Source: Tagaea sp. (GTDB lineage Bacteria; Pseudomonadota; Alphaproteobacteria; CACIAM-22H2). Taken from it: a DNA stretch of 64,000 bases. The notes under the pieces are model-generated. The model did not search any database, had not been told where the DNA came from, and was given only the letters and a program-made list of their open reading frames with translations. Both the position numbers and the translations under genes were made by a program. The DNA is taken from assembly GCA_965279525.1 (NCBI GenBank), contig CBDIIB010000005.1, forward strand, positions 768,001 through 832,000, in the 5' to 3' direction. Of this stretch, positions 17,920 to 27,575 are shown in pieces; the first letter of the stretch is position 1; each line of letters starts with the position of its first letter.

Positions 17920-18906
17920 TCAGAACATCGTGTAGACGACCTTGTCGGGCGGGTTGTGCCCGTCGACGAAGCTCTTGATGTTGACGATGACCTTCTCGCC
18001 CATCGCCGCGCGCCCGGCATGCGTGGCCGAGCCGATATGCGGCAGCAGCACGACATTGTCGAGTTCCAGAAGGCGCGCATGCACGTTGGGCTCGTCCTCG
18101 TAGACGTCGAGGCCGGCCCCCGCGATCTCGCGCGCGTAGAGTGCGCGCGCCAGCGCTTCTTCCTCGATCACGGTGCCGCGCGCGGTGTTGACGACGATCG
18201 CGCGCGGGCGCAGCAGCCGGATGCGCCGCGCCGACAGCAGGTGGTAGGTGGCCGGCGTATGCGGGCAGTTGATCGACAGCACGTCGATGTGGCCGAGCAT
18301 CTGGTCGAGGCTTTCCCAGTACGTCGCCTCGACTTCCGTCTCGACCGTCGGATCGGCCTTGCGCCGGTTGTGGTAGTGGATCGACATGCCGAACGCGCGC
18401 GCGCGCCTGGCGACCGCAAGCCCGATGCGCCCCATGCCGACGATGCCCAGCCGCTTTTCCTGGAGGCGCATGCCGAGCATCGCGGTCGGCGCCCAGCCCT
18501 GCCAGCGCCCGGCGCGCACGAGGCGTTCGCCCTCGCCGATGCGCCGCGCCACCGCCAGGATCAGCGCCATCGTCATGTCGGCGGTGTCCTCGGTCAGCAC
18601 GCCCGGCGTGTTGGTGACCGCGATCCCGCGCGCCTTGGCCGCCTCGAGGGCGATGTGGTTGACGCCGGTGCCGAACGACGCGATCAGCTTGAGCTGTTCG
18701 CCGGCATTGTTGACCAGCATCGCGTTGATGTCGTCGGTGACGGTGGGAACGAGGATCTCGGCCTCGGCCATCGCCTTCATCAGCTCGGTCTGGGTGAAGG
18801 GATGGTCGTCGAGATTGAGCCGGCAGTCGAACAGCTCCATCATCCGCGTCTCGATATGGTCGGGAAGCTTGCGCGTGACGATGACGAGCGGACGGCGGCG
18901 GGTCAT
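17920..18906 (-). CDS. D-glycerate/2-hydroxyacid dehydrogenase
   Basis: VTNTPGVLTEDTAD, GMGRIG, NTARG, GLDVYE, PHIGSAT. Confidence 0.93.
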   Translation of the reverse strand: MTRRRPLVIVTRKLPDHIETRMMELFDCRLNLDDHPFTQTELMKAMAEAEILVPTVTDDINAMLVNNAGEQLKLIASFGTGVNHIALEAAKARGIAVTNTPGVLTEDTADMTMALILAVARRIGEGERLVRAGRWQGWAPTAMLGMRLQEKRLGIVGMGRIGLAVARRARAFGMSIHYHNRRKADPTVETEVEATYWESLDQMLGHIDVLSINCPHTPATYHLLSARRIRLLRPRAIVVNTARGTVIEEEALARALYAREIAGAGLDVYEDEPNVHARLLELDNVVLLPHIGSATHAGRAAMGEKVIVNIKSFVDGHNPPDKVVYTMF

Positions 18907-18988
18907 TTGTGCGGCGTGCTCCGGGGCTTGGGCCTGCCGCTCTGGGGTAGCACCGGAAGACGGGAGCGCGCAAACGAAACGGGGCCCC

Positions 18989-19023
18989 AAACGAAACGGG
19001 GGCGGCCCTTGGGCCGCCCCCGT
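18989..19023 (-). terminator. Intrinsic terminator of the flagellin gene
   Basis: ACGGGGGCGGCCC-TT-GGGCCGCCCCCGT followed by TTCGTTT on the minus strand. Confidence 0.8.
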
Positions 19024-19047
19024 CCGTCTTTGGTATTCCGCCGGAAG

Positions 19048-19866
19048 TTAGCGGAAGAGGCCGAGCAGCACGGACGGCTGCTGGTTGGCGATGGACAGCG
19101 ACTGGATGCCGAGCTGCTGGCGGACCTGCAGCGCCTGCACCGAGGCCGAGGCCTTGCCGATGTCGGCGTCGACGATCGCGCCGAGACCGGTCGTGGTCGC
19201 GTCGACGATCGAGTTCACGAAGCTCGACTGGAGCTTCAGCGTACGCGTTTCCGCCGCGTTGGAGCCCAGCGAGCTGGCAACCGCCTGCGCGAAGGTGTTG
19301 AGCGAGGTGAGCGCCAGCGTTGCCGCCGAAGCCGACGTGACCGACGAACCGTTGAAGGTCGTGAAGGCCGCGTTGACCGAGGACTGCGAGGTCATCGTCA
19401 GCGTCACGGCGTTGGTGTCGGCAAGGAACGTCTTGGCGACCGAGGCGGCCGACAGGAGGTTCGTACCGTTGTAGTTCGCCTGCGTGATGAAGTTGTTGAC
19501 CTGGCTCGTCATCGCGTTGAAGTCGGCGGTGTAGATCGTGCGCTGGTTGGCGCTGATCGACCCGTCGGCGAGCTGCGTGATCTTGGCCTGCAAGTTGCCG
19601 ATGAGGTCGGAGATGTTGGTGAGTGCCGCCTGCGTGACCGAGCCGAGGCCCACGCCGTTGGCGAGCGAGCCCTGCACGGCGCCGTAAGCCTGCAGGTTGC
19701 CGCGGATGCCCTGGGCAACCGAGAAGGTCGACGCGTCATCGGCAGCGTCCGCGACCCGGTATCCGGTCTGGACCTGCTTGGACGAGACATTGAGGGCAGA
19801 CTGAGTCGTGCGCAGCGAGGCCAAAGCCACCATTGCGCCTACGTTCGTATTGATCGAATTCGACAT
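19048..19866 (-). CDS. Flagellin (short Caulobacter/Rhodospirillales type)
   Basis: MSNSINTNVGAMVAL, TGYRV, NGTNLL, VDADI, LQVRQQLGIQSLSIANQ..LFR. Confidence 0.95.
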   Translation of the reverse strand: MSNSINTNVGAMVALASLRTTQSALNVSSKQVQTGYRVADAADDASTFSVAQGIRGNLQAYGAVQGSLANGVGLGSVTQAALTNISDLIGNLQAKITQLADGSISANQRTIYTADFNAMTSQVNNFITQANYNGTNLLSAASVAKTFLADTNAVTLTMTSQSSVNAAFTTFNGSSVTSASAATLALTSLNTFAQAVASSLGSNAAETRTLKLQSSFVNSIVDATTTGLGAIVDADIGKASASVQALQVRQQLGIQSLSIANQQPSVLLGLFR

Positions 19867-20087
19867 CTGAGGATCCATCCTATTCTAGGGTTATGCGCCG
19901 GCATTCTGCCGAGGCCACATCCGGTTCCCGTTTGAGGGGGTAGACCGACTGTGAGGAGGACCATACAGAAACTTTTCGGAGCCTACAAGGGGATTTTTAA
20001 AATTTGATACATTTTTTCTACAAATACCCTTGGTAATCGAGGTAAATCCAGGTATGTGTATTTAATACACTGATATAAAACGATTTA

Positions 20088-21248
20088 TCATCCACATGGC
20101 GTCACGGATACCGGCGCGGCCGGGGCCGTCAGGCTCTCGAGGAAGGCGACGAGATCGTCGATTTCTTTCGTGTCGAGGCCCAGCGGCTTCAAGATCGCCT
20201 CCCCGTCGGCGTGCAGGCGGTCGGGATCGATGCTCGAATAATGGCGCACCACGTCGCGAAGCGTGGCGAGGCTGCCGTTGTGCATATAGGGCGCGGTGCG
20301 CGCGACGCTGCGCAAGGCCGGCACGCGGAACTCGCCGAAGTTGCGATGCTGCGGATCGACATGGCGCGTCGCGGTCCCCGGTGCGTTCGCCGGATCGTCG
20401 TTGAACGCGCCAAGCTGGGTGAACGGACTTTCGCGCAGCGCCTTGATGCCGCCATGGCGGCCCATGTCCGCTCCGCTCGCGGTGAAGAACGGCACGCCGA
20501 CATCGTGGAACTCGCCGTTGGTGAACGATGGCCCCAGATGGCAGAGCGCGCAGTTGGCACGCCCGACGAACAGGCGCGCCCCGCGCTGGGCGGCGGGCGG
20601 CAGGCGTGCGGCGGCCGCCCGGTCGCCGCGCACCAACGCATCGCGGAACTCGTCGAACGGCGTGCGCGCACTTGCCAGCGTTTCCTGGAACGCAGCGAGC
20701 GCCTTGGCGGCATCGACCGCCAGCATCGTGTCGTCCACGCCCGACGCGGTGCGCGCGAAGGCCTGCGCGTAGCAGCGCGACAGAACAGGATCGCTCCGCA
20801 GCAATGCAGCAGCGCCGGCGATGCTGCCGCCAAGCTCGCGCGGTGCGAGGATCGGGCGCAGGCTCGCCGCCCACAGGCTGTCCGATGCGCCGTCCCAGCC
20901 GAACCAGCGCTGCCCCTTGAGATCGACAATCGACGGCGCGTTGCGCTCAAGCGGCCCGCGCCCGACGCTGACGGCACGCGCGTCGGTCCACGCCTTCGCC
21001 GGATCGTGGCAGCTGGCACAGCTCAAAGCACCGTCCGGCGACAGCCGCGTGTCGAAAAACAGGGTTGCGCCGAGCCGGGCGGCGAGCGGATTGCCCGACA
21101 CGCGATTGCTTGCGTCGATGGCCGGCGACGGCGGCCACGGCCCGTGGCGCGCGATGCGCGCGATCTCAGCCGGCGAGAAATCCAGCAAGTCCGCCGCATG
21201 TGCCGCGGGTGCGAGCAGCAGGAAAAGGAACGTCGCGAACGCGCGCAT
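20088..21248 (-). CDS. Di-heme cytochrome c peroxidase / MauG family protein
   Basis: Signal peptide, LFFDTRLS, CASCH, WDG, CALCH, FRVPALR, APYMHNG. Confidence 0.9.
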   Translation of the reverse strand: MRAFATFLFLLLAPAAHAADLLDFSPAEIARIARHGPWPPSPAIDASNRVSGNPLAARLGATLFFDTRLSPDGALSCASCHDPAKAWTDARAVSVGRGPLERNAPSIVDLKGQRWFGWDGASDSLWAASLRPILAPRELGGSIAGAAALLRSDPVLSRCYAQAFARTASGVDDTMLAVDAAKALAAFQETLASARTPFDEFRDALVRGDRAAAARLPPAAQRGARLFVGRANCALCHLGPSFTNGEFHDVGVPFFTASGADMGRHGGIKALRESPFTQLGAFNDDPANAPGTATRHVDPQHRNFGEFRVPALRSVARTAPYMHNGSLATLRDVVRHYSSIDPDRLHADGEAILKPLGLDTKEIDDLVAFLESLTAPAAPVSVTPCG

Positions 21249-21637
21249 CAGTCGAGTTCGACCGGAGCGGTCAGTCGTTCGCCGCCGATCTCGACGACAT
21301 ATTCCCAGCGCCCGGGCATGTGGAACAGGAGCCCGTCGGCGCGGAAGCGCCCGCCGGCAAGTGCGGCGACGCTCGCCCGGTAGTTCATCCCGTGGCGGTG
21401 GGCGGGCATCCACGCGTCGATGCGCGGTGCGCGCAACGCCGATCCGTCGCGCGCGCACAGCGCCACTTCAAGCACGAAGGGCGCGTTAAGCGGCGGGATC
21501 GCAGGCACGCTGCGGATCAGCGCCACATGGCGCCGTCCTTCCACGCGCAGCGCACCGTCGCTCGCCGGCGGCTCGCACGCGAGTGCCGGCGATGCCGCCG
21601 CGAGCAGGAACGCGAGGCTAGTTGGCGCCCAGCGCAT
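21248..21637 (-). CDS. Exported YtkA/FixH-like Ig-fold protein
   Basis: Signal peptide; DAWMPAHRHGMNY and LFHMPGRW motifs. Confidence 0.7.
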   Translation of the reverse strand: MRWAPTSLAFLLAAASPALACEPPASDGALRVEGRRHVALIRSVPAIPPLNAPFVLEVALCARDGSALRAPRIDAWMPAHRHGMNYRASVAALAGGRFRADGLLFHMPGRWEYVVEIGGERLTAPVELD

Positions 21638-22445
21638 TGCCGAACAGCGTCTCGCCGTTGCGCCAGGCGATCCGCTCGGCCACGTCGCGCGGCAGGTCGG
21701 CCAGCCAGCGGCGCGAGAAGGCCGCGTGCTCGACGACATAGTGCCAGCGCTCGGGCGTGAAGGTGTCGGTGCCCAGCGTGAAGCGGCCGGGATGGGCAAG
21801 GAAAACCTCGCGCCATGCCGGATCGACCTTGCCGTCGCGGGCCTGGTCGGTGCGGAAGGCGAGATCGGCATAGAGCTTCGGATGGCGTTCGAGCATCGCG
21901 CGCACGTTTTCCGGCCGGTCGAAGCCCGAATGGGCCCACAGGATGCGCGCCTGCGGCCACTGGGCGAACACGCGCGTCACCGCGTCGGCATCGCCATGCA
22001 GGTGCAAGAACAGGTCGCGCGCGCGCGCCAGCTCCACCATGCCGCGCACGACCGGCAGGTCCGCGTCGGCGCCGAACACGTGGAACTCGCCGATCGCCAC
22101 ATAGCGGTACTTCGCCAGCCGGGCGGCCAGATAATCGAGCACCGTCGGATCGCGCACCCAGGTCGAAAGATCGCCGCGCTTGCGGTAGGGCCGCAGGACG
22201 GGGATCACGATGTCGGGGGCGAGCGCGTAAAGCTTCTGCGTGCCCTCGTCGTCCGAGCTCGACACCATCGCGCGCTTGAGGCCGGCCGCACGCAGGATCG
22301 CGATCGCCCGCTCGGGCGGCACCGGGTCCCACGCGTCGTGGCTGAAGTGGAGATGCGTGTCGAAGACCGGAAGATCGTCGGCCGCCGAAGCCGGCAGCGC
22401 GAACGCCGCAAGAACCGTCAGGAATGCCGCCAGTGCGCTCCGCAT
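21618..22445 (-). CDS. Exported amidohydrolase-family (TIM barrel) protein
   Basis: Signal peptide; DTHLH, IGEFH, HLH, WAHSG, LGTD. Confidence 0.85.
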   Translation of the reverse strand: MRSALAAFLTVLAAFALPASAADDLPVFDTHLHFSHDAWDPVPPERAIAILRAAGLKRAMVSSSDDEGTQKLYALAPDIVIPVLRPYRKRGDLSTWVRDPTVLDYLAARLAKYRYVAIGEFHVFGADADLPVVRGMVELARARDLFLHLHGDADAVTRVFAQWPQARILWAHSGFDRPENVRAMLERHPKLYADLAFRTDQARDGKVDPAWREVFLAHPGRFTLGTDTFTPERWHYVVEHAAFSRRWLADLPRDVAERIAWRNGETLFGNALGAN

Positions 22446-22535
22446 CCGCCCCTCCCCGTGATGGGCGACAATATAGCGTGCGGCTGGCCGGCTGCCACTG
22501 GTCCGCCGGCCGGCCCGGCCGCTATACTGGTGCCC

Positions 22536-23018
22536 ATGATTCGCGCACTCGCCGTCCTGCTCGCCCTTGCGGCATCCCTGCCCGCCCTCGCCCAGACCCA
22601 GCGCGAGACGCTGCCGATCCCGCGCTTCGTCACGCTGCGCTCGGAGGAAGTGAACCTGCGCGCCGGCCCGGGCGTGCGCTATCCGGTCGAATGGGTGTTC
22701 GTGCGCCGGCAGATGCCGGTCGAGATCCTGCAGGAATTCGAGAACTGGCGGCGCATCCGCGACCGCGACGGCACCGAAGGCTGGGTCCACCAGAGCATGC
22801 TGACCGGGCGGCGCGCGGCCATCGTGGCGGGCGACATGCGCAACCTGCGCCGCCGGCCCGAGGCGGAAGCGCCGGTCGTGGCGCGCGTCGAGCAAGGCGT
22901 GATCGGCGCGCTTCTTGAATGCAAGGATGCCTGGTGCCGGCTCGAGGCGGGCGGATTCCGCGGCTGGCTGCCGCGCGAGGAGATCTGGGGCGTCTACCCC
23001 AACGAGGCGATCAAATGA
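22536..23018 (+). CDS. Bacterial SH3 domain protein
   Basis: LPIPRFVTL, NLRAGPG..YP, WRRIRD, GWVHQSML, WGVYP. Confidence 0.9.
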   Translation: MIRALAVLLALAASLPALAQTQRETLPIPRFVTLRSEEVNLRAGPGVRYPVEWVFVRRQMPVEILQEFENWRRIRDRDGTEGWVHQSMLTGRRAAIVAGDMRNLRRRPEAEAPVVARVEQGVIGALLECKDAWCRLEAGGFRGWLPREEIWGVYPNEAIK

Positions 23019-23518
23019 TGTCGATCCCGGGCGGAACCATCCTTGCCGTGCGTCGCGGCCTCTACTGGCATGTCGGCATCGCCGACGGACGCGGCCACGC
23101 GATCAGCCGTACGCGCGGGGCCGGCGTGATCCGCGAGCGCCTCGACGCCTTCGCGCGCGGCGGATCGCTGCACGTGGTCCCCATCGACCGGCCGAGCTTT
23201 CCGCCGGCCGAGATCGTCGCGCGCGCCGCCGAACGCCTCGGCGAGGTCGGCTACGACTGGATCGACGACAACTGCGAGCATTTCGCAGGCGAGTGCGTCT
23301 ACGGCGAGCGGCGCAGCCGCCAGGTGCGCATTGCCGGCGCCATCGGCACGATCGCGGGCGTGGCGCTCAACTTCGTCGGCCCGAACTGGATCGCGGCGGG
23401 TGCCGTCGCCGCCCTCTCCTTCGCCGCCTTCACCCTCACCGCCCGCCCGCTTCACGCGGCGGCGTTCGATGCCGCCCTCGCCGACCCGTCCGTTTCCCCG
23501 GAGGAAATCCATGCGTAA
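23015..23518 (+). CDS. LRAT / permuted NlpC-P60 domain protein with C-terminal hydrophobic segment
   Basis: YWHVGI, RAAERLGE..Y, NCEHFA; hydrophobic tail. Confidence 0.75.
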   Translation: MMSIPGGTILAVRRGLYWHVGIADGRGHAISRTRGAGVIRERLDAFARGGSLHVVPIDRPSFPPAEIVARAAERLGEVGYDWIDDNCEHFAGECVYGERRSRQVRIAGAIGTIAGVALNFVGPNWIAAGAVAALSFAAFTLTARPLHAAAFDAALADPSVSPEEIHA

Positions 23519-25079
23519 CGCGCTGCTCGCCGCCACCGCTGCCCTCGCCCTGTTCGCCGCTTCCGCCGACGCCCAGACGCGCACCGTGCGCTTCTCGTTC
23601 AACGCGGATGCCAACACGCTCGATCCGCACGCCAACAACGCGCTGACGACCAACGCGCTGCTCGACCAGATGTACGAGTGCCTGACGACGCGCGACAAGG
23701 ACATGAAGCTGGCGCCCTCGCTCGCCACGTCGTGGCGCCAGGTCGAGCCGACGCGCTGGCGCTTCGAGCTTCGCCAGGGCGTGAAGTTCCACGACGGCTC
23801 GCCCTTCACCGCCGACGACGCGATCTTCTCGCTGCTGCGTGCGGTCTCGCCGACCTCGCAGTACGGCATCTATGTCGACAGCTTCGCCGGTGCCGTGAAG
23901 GTGGGCGCCAACGCGATCGAGATCATCACAAGGGTCCCCGACCCGGTGCTGCCCGACAAGCTGACGCGCGTCGTGATGATGAGCAAGGCGTGGACGGAAG
24001 CGAACCGGTCGGTCCAGCCGCAGAACTACGCCGCCAAGGAAGAGACCTTCGCCGCGCGCAACGCGATGGGCACGGGTCCGTTCGTGTTCCGCAGCAGCGT
24101 GCCCGACGAGCGCACGGTGATGACGCGCTTCCGCGACCACTGGGACAAGTCCGTCCAGACCAATGTCGACGAGCTGATCCTGCAGCCGATCGCCAGCGAC
24201 GCCACGCGCATCGCGGCCCTGCTCGCCGGCGACATCGACATCACGAACTTCGTGCCCGCCCAGGATCTCGAGCGGCTGCGCCGCGACCCGCGCGTCAAGG
24301 TCATCGACGGGCAGGAGAACCGCACGCTGTGGCTCGGCTTCGACCAGGGCCGCGACGAGCTCCTCTATTCCGACGTCAAGGGCAAGAACCCGTTCAAGGA
24401 CGTGCGCGTGCGCAAGGCGGTCGCGCACGCGATCGACGTCGAAGCACTCAAGTCGCGCGTGATGCGCGGCCAGGCGATCCCCTCGGGCTCGATGTGGACC
24501 GAGTTCGTCAACGGCTATTCGAAGGAAAACGACGCACGCCTGCCGGTCGACCTGCCGCGCGCGCGGGCCCTGCTCGCGGAAGCGGGCTACCCCAACGGCT
24601 TCGGCGTGACGCTCGACTGCCCGAACGGCTCCTACGAGCAGGTCTGCGTGGCGCTCGCCGGCATGCTCTCGCAGATCGGCATCCGGCTGAACGTCAACCT
24701 GACGCCCGGCGGCGTGGTGTTCCCGCGCCTCGTGCGCACCGATATCTCGATGTTCGCGCTGTCGTGGGGCGTGCCCACGTTCGACGCGATGTACACGCTG
24801 CGCGGCATCATGATGACGCGCGAGAAGGTGGGTGCGGCGTCGTGGAACGGCGGCCAGTATTCCAATGCGCGCGTCGACACGCTGATCGAGCAGGCGCAAG
24901 CCGAGACCGACGCCGAGAAGCGCCGCGGCCTGATGCGCGCGGCCCACCGGCTGCACAACGACGACGTCGGGCACATCCCGATCTACCACCTGATGATCCC
25001 GTGGGCGATGAAGGCGAGCATCAGCGTGCCGCACCGCGCCGACAACTTCGTCGTCGGCAAGTGGATCGTGGTCCGGTGA
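23511..25079 (+). CDS. Peptide/nickel ABC transporter substrate-binding protein (family 5)
   Basis: TLDPH, LRQGVKFHDG, GTGPF, NPFKDVRVRKA. Confidence 0.92.
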   Translation: MRNALLAATAALALFAASADAQTRTVRFSFNADANTLDPHANNALTTNALLDQMYECLTTRDKDMKLAPSLATSWRQVEPTRWRFELRQGVKFHDGSPFTADDAIFSLLRAVSPTSQYGIYVDSFAGAVKVGANAIEIITRVPDPVLPDKLTRVVMMSKAWTEANRSVQPQNYAAKEETFAARNAMGTGPFVFRSSVPDERTVMTRFRDHWDKSVQTNVDELILQPIASDATRIAALLAGDIDITNFVPAQDLERLRRDPRVKVIDGQENRTLWLGFDQGRDELLYSDVKGKNPFKDVRVRKAVAHAIDVEALKSRVMRGQAIPSGSMWTEFVNGYSKENDARLPVDLPRARALLAEAGYPNGFGVTLDCPNGSYEQVCVALAGMLSQIGIRLNVNLTPGGVVFPRLVRTDISMFALSWGVPTFDAMYTLRGIMMTREKVGAASWNGGQYSNARVDTLIEQAQAETDAEKRRGLMRAAHRLHNDDVGHIPIYHLMIPWAMKASISVPHRADNFVVGKWIVVR

Positions 25080-25106
25080 TGGCCAGCCGCTGATGGCCAA
25101 CCGGTG

Positions 25107-25532
25107 ATGGATTGCCGCGTCACGCTGGTCACGCTCGGCGTGGCCGACATGGGCGTGGCGCGCGCGTTCTACGAGAAGCTCGGCTGGCGCGCGCACGCAT
25201 CGAGCACGCCGGACGTCACCTTCTTCGATGCCGGCGGCATGGTCGTGTCGCTGTTCGGGCGTTCGGCCCTGGCGGCCGATGCGCGGATGGCGGAAGCCCC
25301 GCTGCCGGCGTTCCGGGGCACGTCGCTGGCGCAGAACGTACGTAGCGAAACGGAGGTCGACACGGTCATGGCCGCCGCCGTCGCGGCCGGTGCGCGCGAA
25401 GTGAAGCCCGCACAGGCGACGTTCTGGGGCGGCTATGCCGGCTATTTCGCCGATCCGGACGGGCACCTGTGGGAGATCGCCCACAATCCGTTCTGGCCGC
25501 TCGATGCGGCCGGGAAGCTTTCGCTGCCCTAG
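25107..25532 (+). CDS. VOC/glyoxalase family protein
   Basis: VTLGVAD, FYEKLGW, FWGGY.GYFADPDGHLWEIAHNP. Confidence 0.9.
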   Translation: MDCRVTLVTLGVADMGVARAFYEKLGWRAHASSTPDVTFFDAGGMVVSLFGRSALAADARMAEAPLPAFRGTSLAQNVRSETEVDTVMAAAVAAGAREVKPAQATFWGGYAGYFADPDGHLWEIAHNPFWPLDAAGKLSLP

Positions 25533-26077
25533 GCGGCGCGCCGTCCCCACAGGCCGACGGCGACCAGCAGCACCGAAGCGGCACCGACCACGACAAGCGT
25601 CGGCGTCGGAAGATAGAAGGTCGTGTAGACCTCCCAGCCCATCACGCGCAGCACGTGCGAGACGGCCGTGTAGATCCCGACGAGATGGCCGCCAAGCGTG
25701 CCGGTGATGCCGAGCAGCACGCTCCCGAACACCGCAAGTCCCGCCATCGCCCAGCGCATGCCGCCTTCCCAGACGGCTTCGCCCAGCCGCCAGCGCGTGA
25801 CGAGCAGCAGCGCCCAGTAGGCCGTCGTCCATGCCGCGAGCAGCATGTGGTTGCGCCCCAGCGGGGTGGACGAGATCGTCTCCCACGGCCAGACCTGCGT
25901 GCCGACCACATAGGCGAGGATGCCGGTGACGAGGCCGATCGCAAGCAACGGAACGAGTGCCCGGTCGATCGACCTGGCCAGCTGGCCGTCCGACAGCGCG
26001 CGCCAGACGATCGCCAACGTCGCTGTCATCCACAGCGCGATGGGGAAGTGGACGAGGACCACATGATAGGCGGACAT
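25529..26077 (-). CDS. DUF2231-like membrane protein (probable heme b binding)
   Basis: HVVLVHFPIA, RNHM, TGTLGGHL; about five transmembrane segments. Confidence 0.7.
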   Translation of the reverse strand: MSAYHVVLVHFPIALWMTATLAIVWRALSDGQLARSIDRALVPLLAIGLVTGILAYVVGTQVWPWETISSTPLGRNHMLLAAWTTAYWALLLVTRWRLGEAVWEGGMRWAMAGLAVFGSVLLGITGTLGGHLVGIYTAVSHVLRVMGWEVYTTFYLPTPTLVVVGAASVLLVAVGLWGRRAA

Positions 26078-26079
26078 GA

Positions 26080-27501
26080 TCAGGCTCCTTGCTTGCGGGC
26101 GACGAGCAGGTTGAGGGCGAAACCGAAGGCCGCGACGAGCGCAAGGCCGGCCAACAGGGTCAGCAGCCACTGGCTGCGGATCGCGTCGGCGAACTCGGTC
26201 TCGATGCCGTAGTGGGCCAGCTGCTCCTCGCTGTGGCGGTAGCGGACGGGAACGCCCTTCCTGATGTTGTCGGCACCGGCATGGCGAGCACTGTTGAGCA
26301 TCCCCCAGCCGACCTGGCCGGGATAGAAGAGCGTCGCCTTGAAGGCGGGCTGGCTCCAGTCGGGTGCCGCACCTTCGAAGCGCTTGGCCTCAATCTCGGC
26401 CTGCCGGCCGAAGCCCACCGAGAAGGGCAGCGAGACATAGTGCCAGCGCCCGCCCGTCGCCTGGCGGTGGATGGCGAAGGCGACCTGGTAGACGCCGCCG
26501 TCGCGCAGGATCTTGTCCTCGGCCGGCTTCTCGGTGTTCATCTTGCGCCGCAGCGTGACGTCCCAGTAGCCGTCGACCCAGCGCGCGCGCCCGACGACGC
26601 CGATGTCGGCGCGCGAGCCCTGCGGGGCGCGCAGGATGCGACGCGGGATCGTGTCGCCTTCCTGCCAGCCGGCGGCCGCATCGAAGGGCACCGACTGGTC
26701 CTCGCGCAGATAGTAGACGTCGTTCGGCCCGATGCGGCCCTGGACGATGTCGTCCCACTTGAGCGAAGCCTTGCCGACCTTCGAGCGGTCGAGCATCAGG
26801 CGCGGGATCTTCTTCTCGCCGTCCCAGTTCGTCGCATAGGCACCGCGCCCGGAATCGCTGAGCCGGCCGGCACCGACGAACTGGTCGTCCGCGACGCCCA
26901 TGGGATCGGAGCGCTGCGCGCGCCAATGCCAGAGGTCAAGAAAGTAGCCCGCCGCGCGCAGGCGGTCCTGCTGGGCTTCGGGCACGACCGACTTCCAGTC
27001 GGCGTTGTCGCTCCGGGTCGACGGCAGGTATTTCGTCGGCTCGTCGAGGCCGAGCTTCTTGCCGAGATAGGCGTGATCGCGCACCTCGCGTCCGCTCGCC
27101 TCGCCGGTGAAGCCGGCAAGCCGGTCGCCGACCGTGACGTAGCCGCCGTAACGGCCGAACTCCGGCACGCTGCCGTCGTCGAGCATCATCGATACCCGAT
27201 CCTCGTGCAGCCCGTCGGGCTGCGAACCGGGTACGGCCTCGCCGCGCACGGCCCACGCCCCGTTCGTGTACCGCAGCACGTCGTGGAAGATGCCGGCGTT
27301 GGGGGCCGCCCAGCGATAGCGGAAGAAGACGTTCTCGCCGTCGTGTGCTGCCCAGACCTCGAGCGGAACGGTGAGTTTCGCCGGAATGCTGATGTTGCGC
27401 GCCGGATCGTCGCGCACGACGCCGGTGCCGTGCGTGAGCCAGGAATATCCCAGCGCCCCGATGAAGATCGCGTGTGCCGCATAGAGCGCCAGACGTCTCA
27501 T
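26080..27501 (-). CDS. Ethylbenzene dehydrogenase gamma-like (EB_dh) heme-binding domain protein
   Basis: HEDRVSMM, LDLWHWRA.RS, W.V.L.RK, AFAIH...RWHYVS; N- and C-terminal membrane anchors. Confidence 0.75.
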   Translation of the reverse strand: MRRLALYAAHAIFIGALGYSWLTHGTGVVRDDPARNISIPAKLTVPLEVWAAHDGENVFFRYRWAAPNAGIFHDVLRYTNGAWAVRGEAVPGSQPDGLHEDRVSMMLDDGSVPEFGRYGGYVTVGDRLAGFTGEASGREVRDHAYLGKKLGLDEPTKYLPSTRSDNADWKSVVPEAQQDRLRAAGYFLDLWHWRAQRSDPMGVADDQFVGAGRLSDSGRGAYATNWDGEKKIPRLMLDRSKVGKASLKWDDIVQGRIGPNDVYYLREDQSVPFDAAAGWQEGDTIPRRILRAPQGSRADIGVVGRARWVDGYWDVTLRRKMNTEKPAEDKILRDGGVYQVAFAIHRQATGGRWHYVSLPFSVGFGRQAEIEAKRFEGAAPDWSQPAFKATLFYPGQVGWGMLNSARHAGADNIRKGVPVRYRHSEEQLAHYGIETEFADAIRSQWLLTLLAGLALVAAFGFALNLLVARKQGA

Positions 27502-27575
27502 GTGCCTCTCCCAAAAATTCTTTCGACGCAGGACGGCGTCGGGGAGAAGCGTGCGCCTTCGGCGTGCGCGCGCCT

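Noticed and set aside
20030-20046. GGTAA..GGTAA as a CtrA box upstream of flagellin
   Set aside because: Half-site period is 9 bp rather than the 11 bp of TTAA-N7-TTAA, and the half-sites are imperfect.
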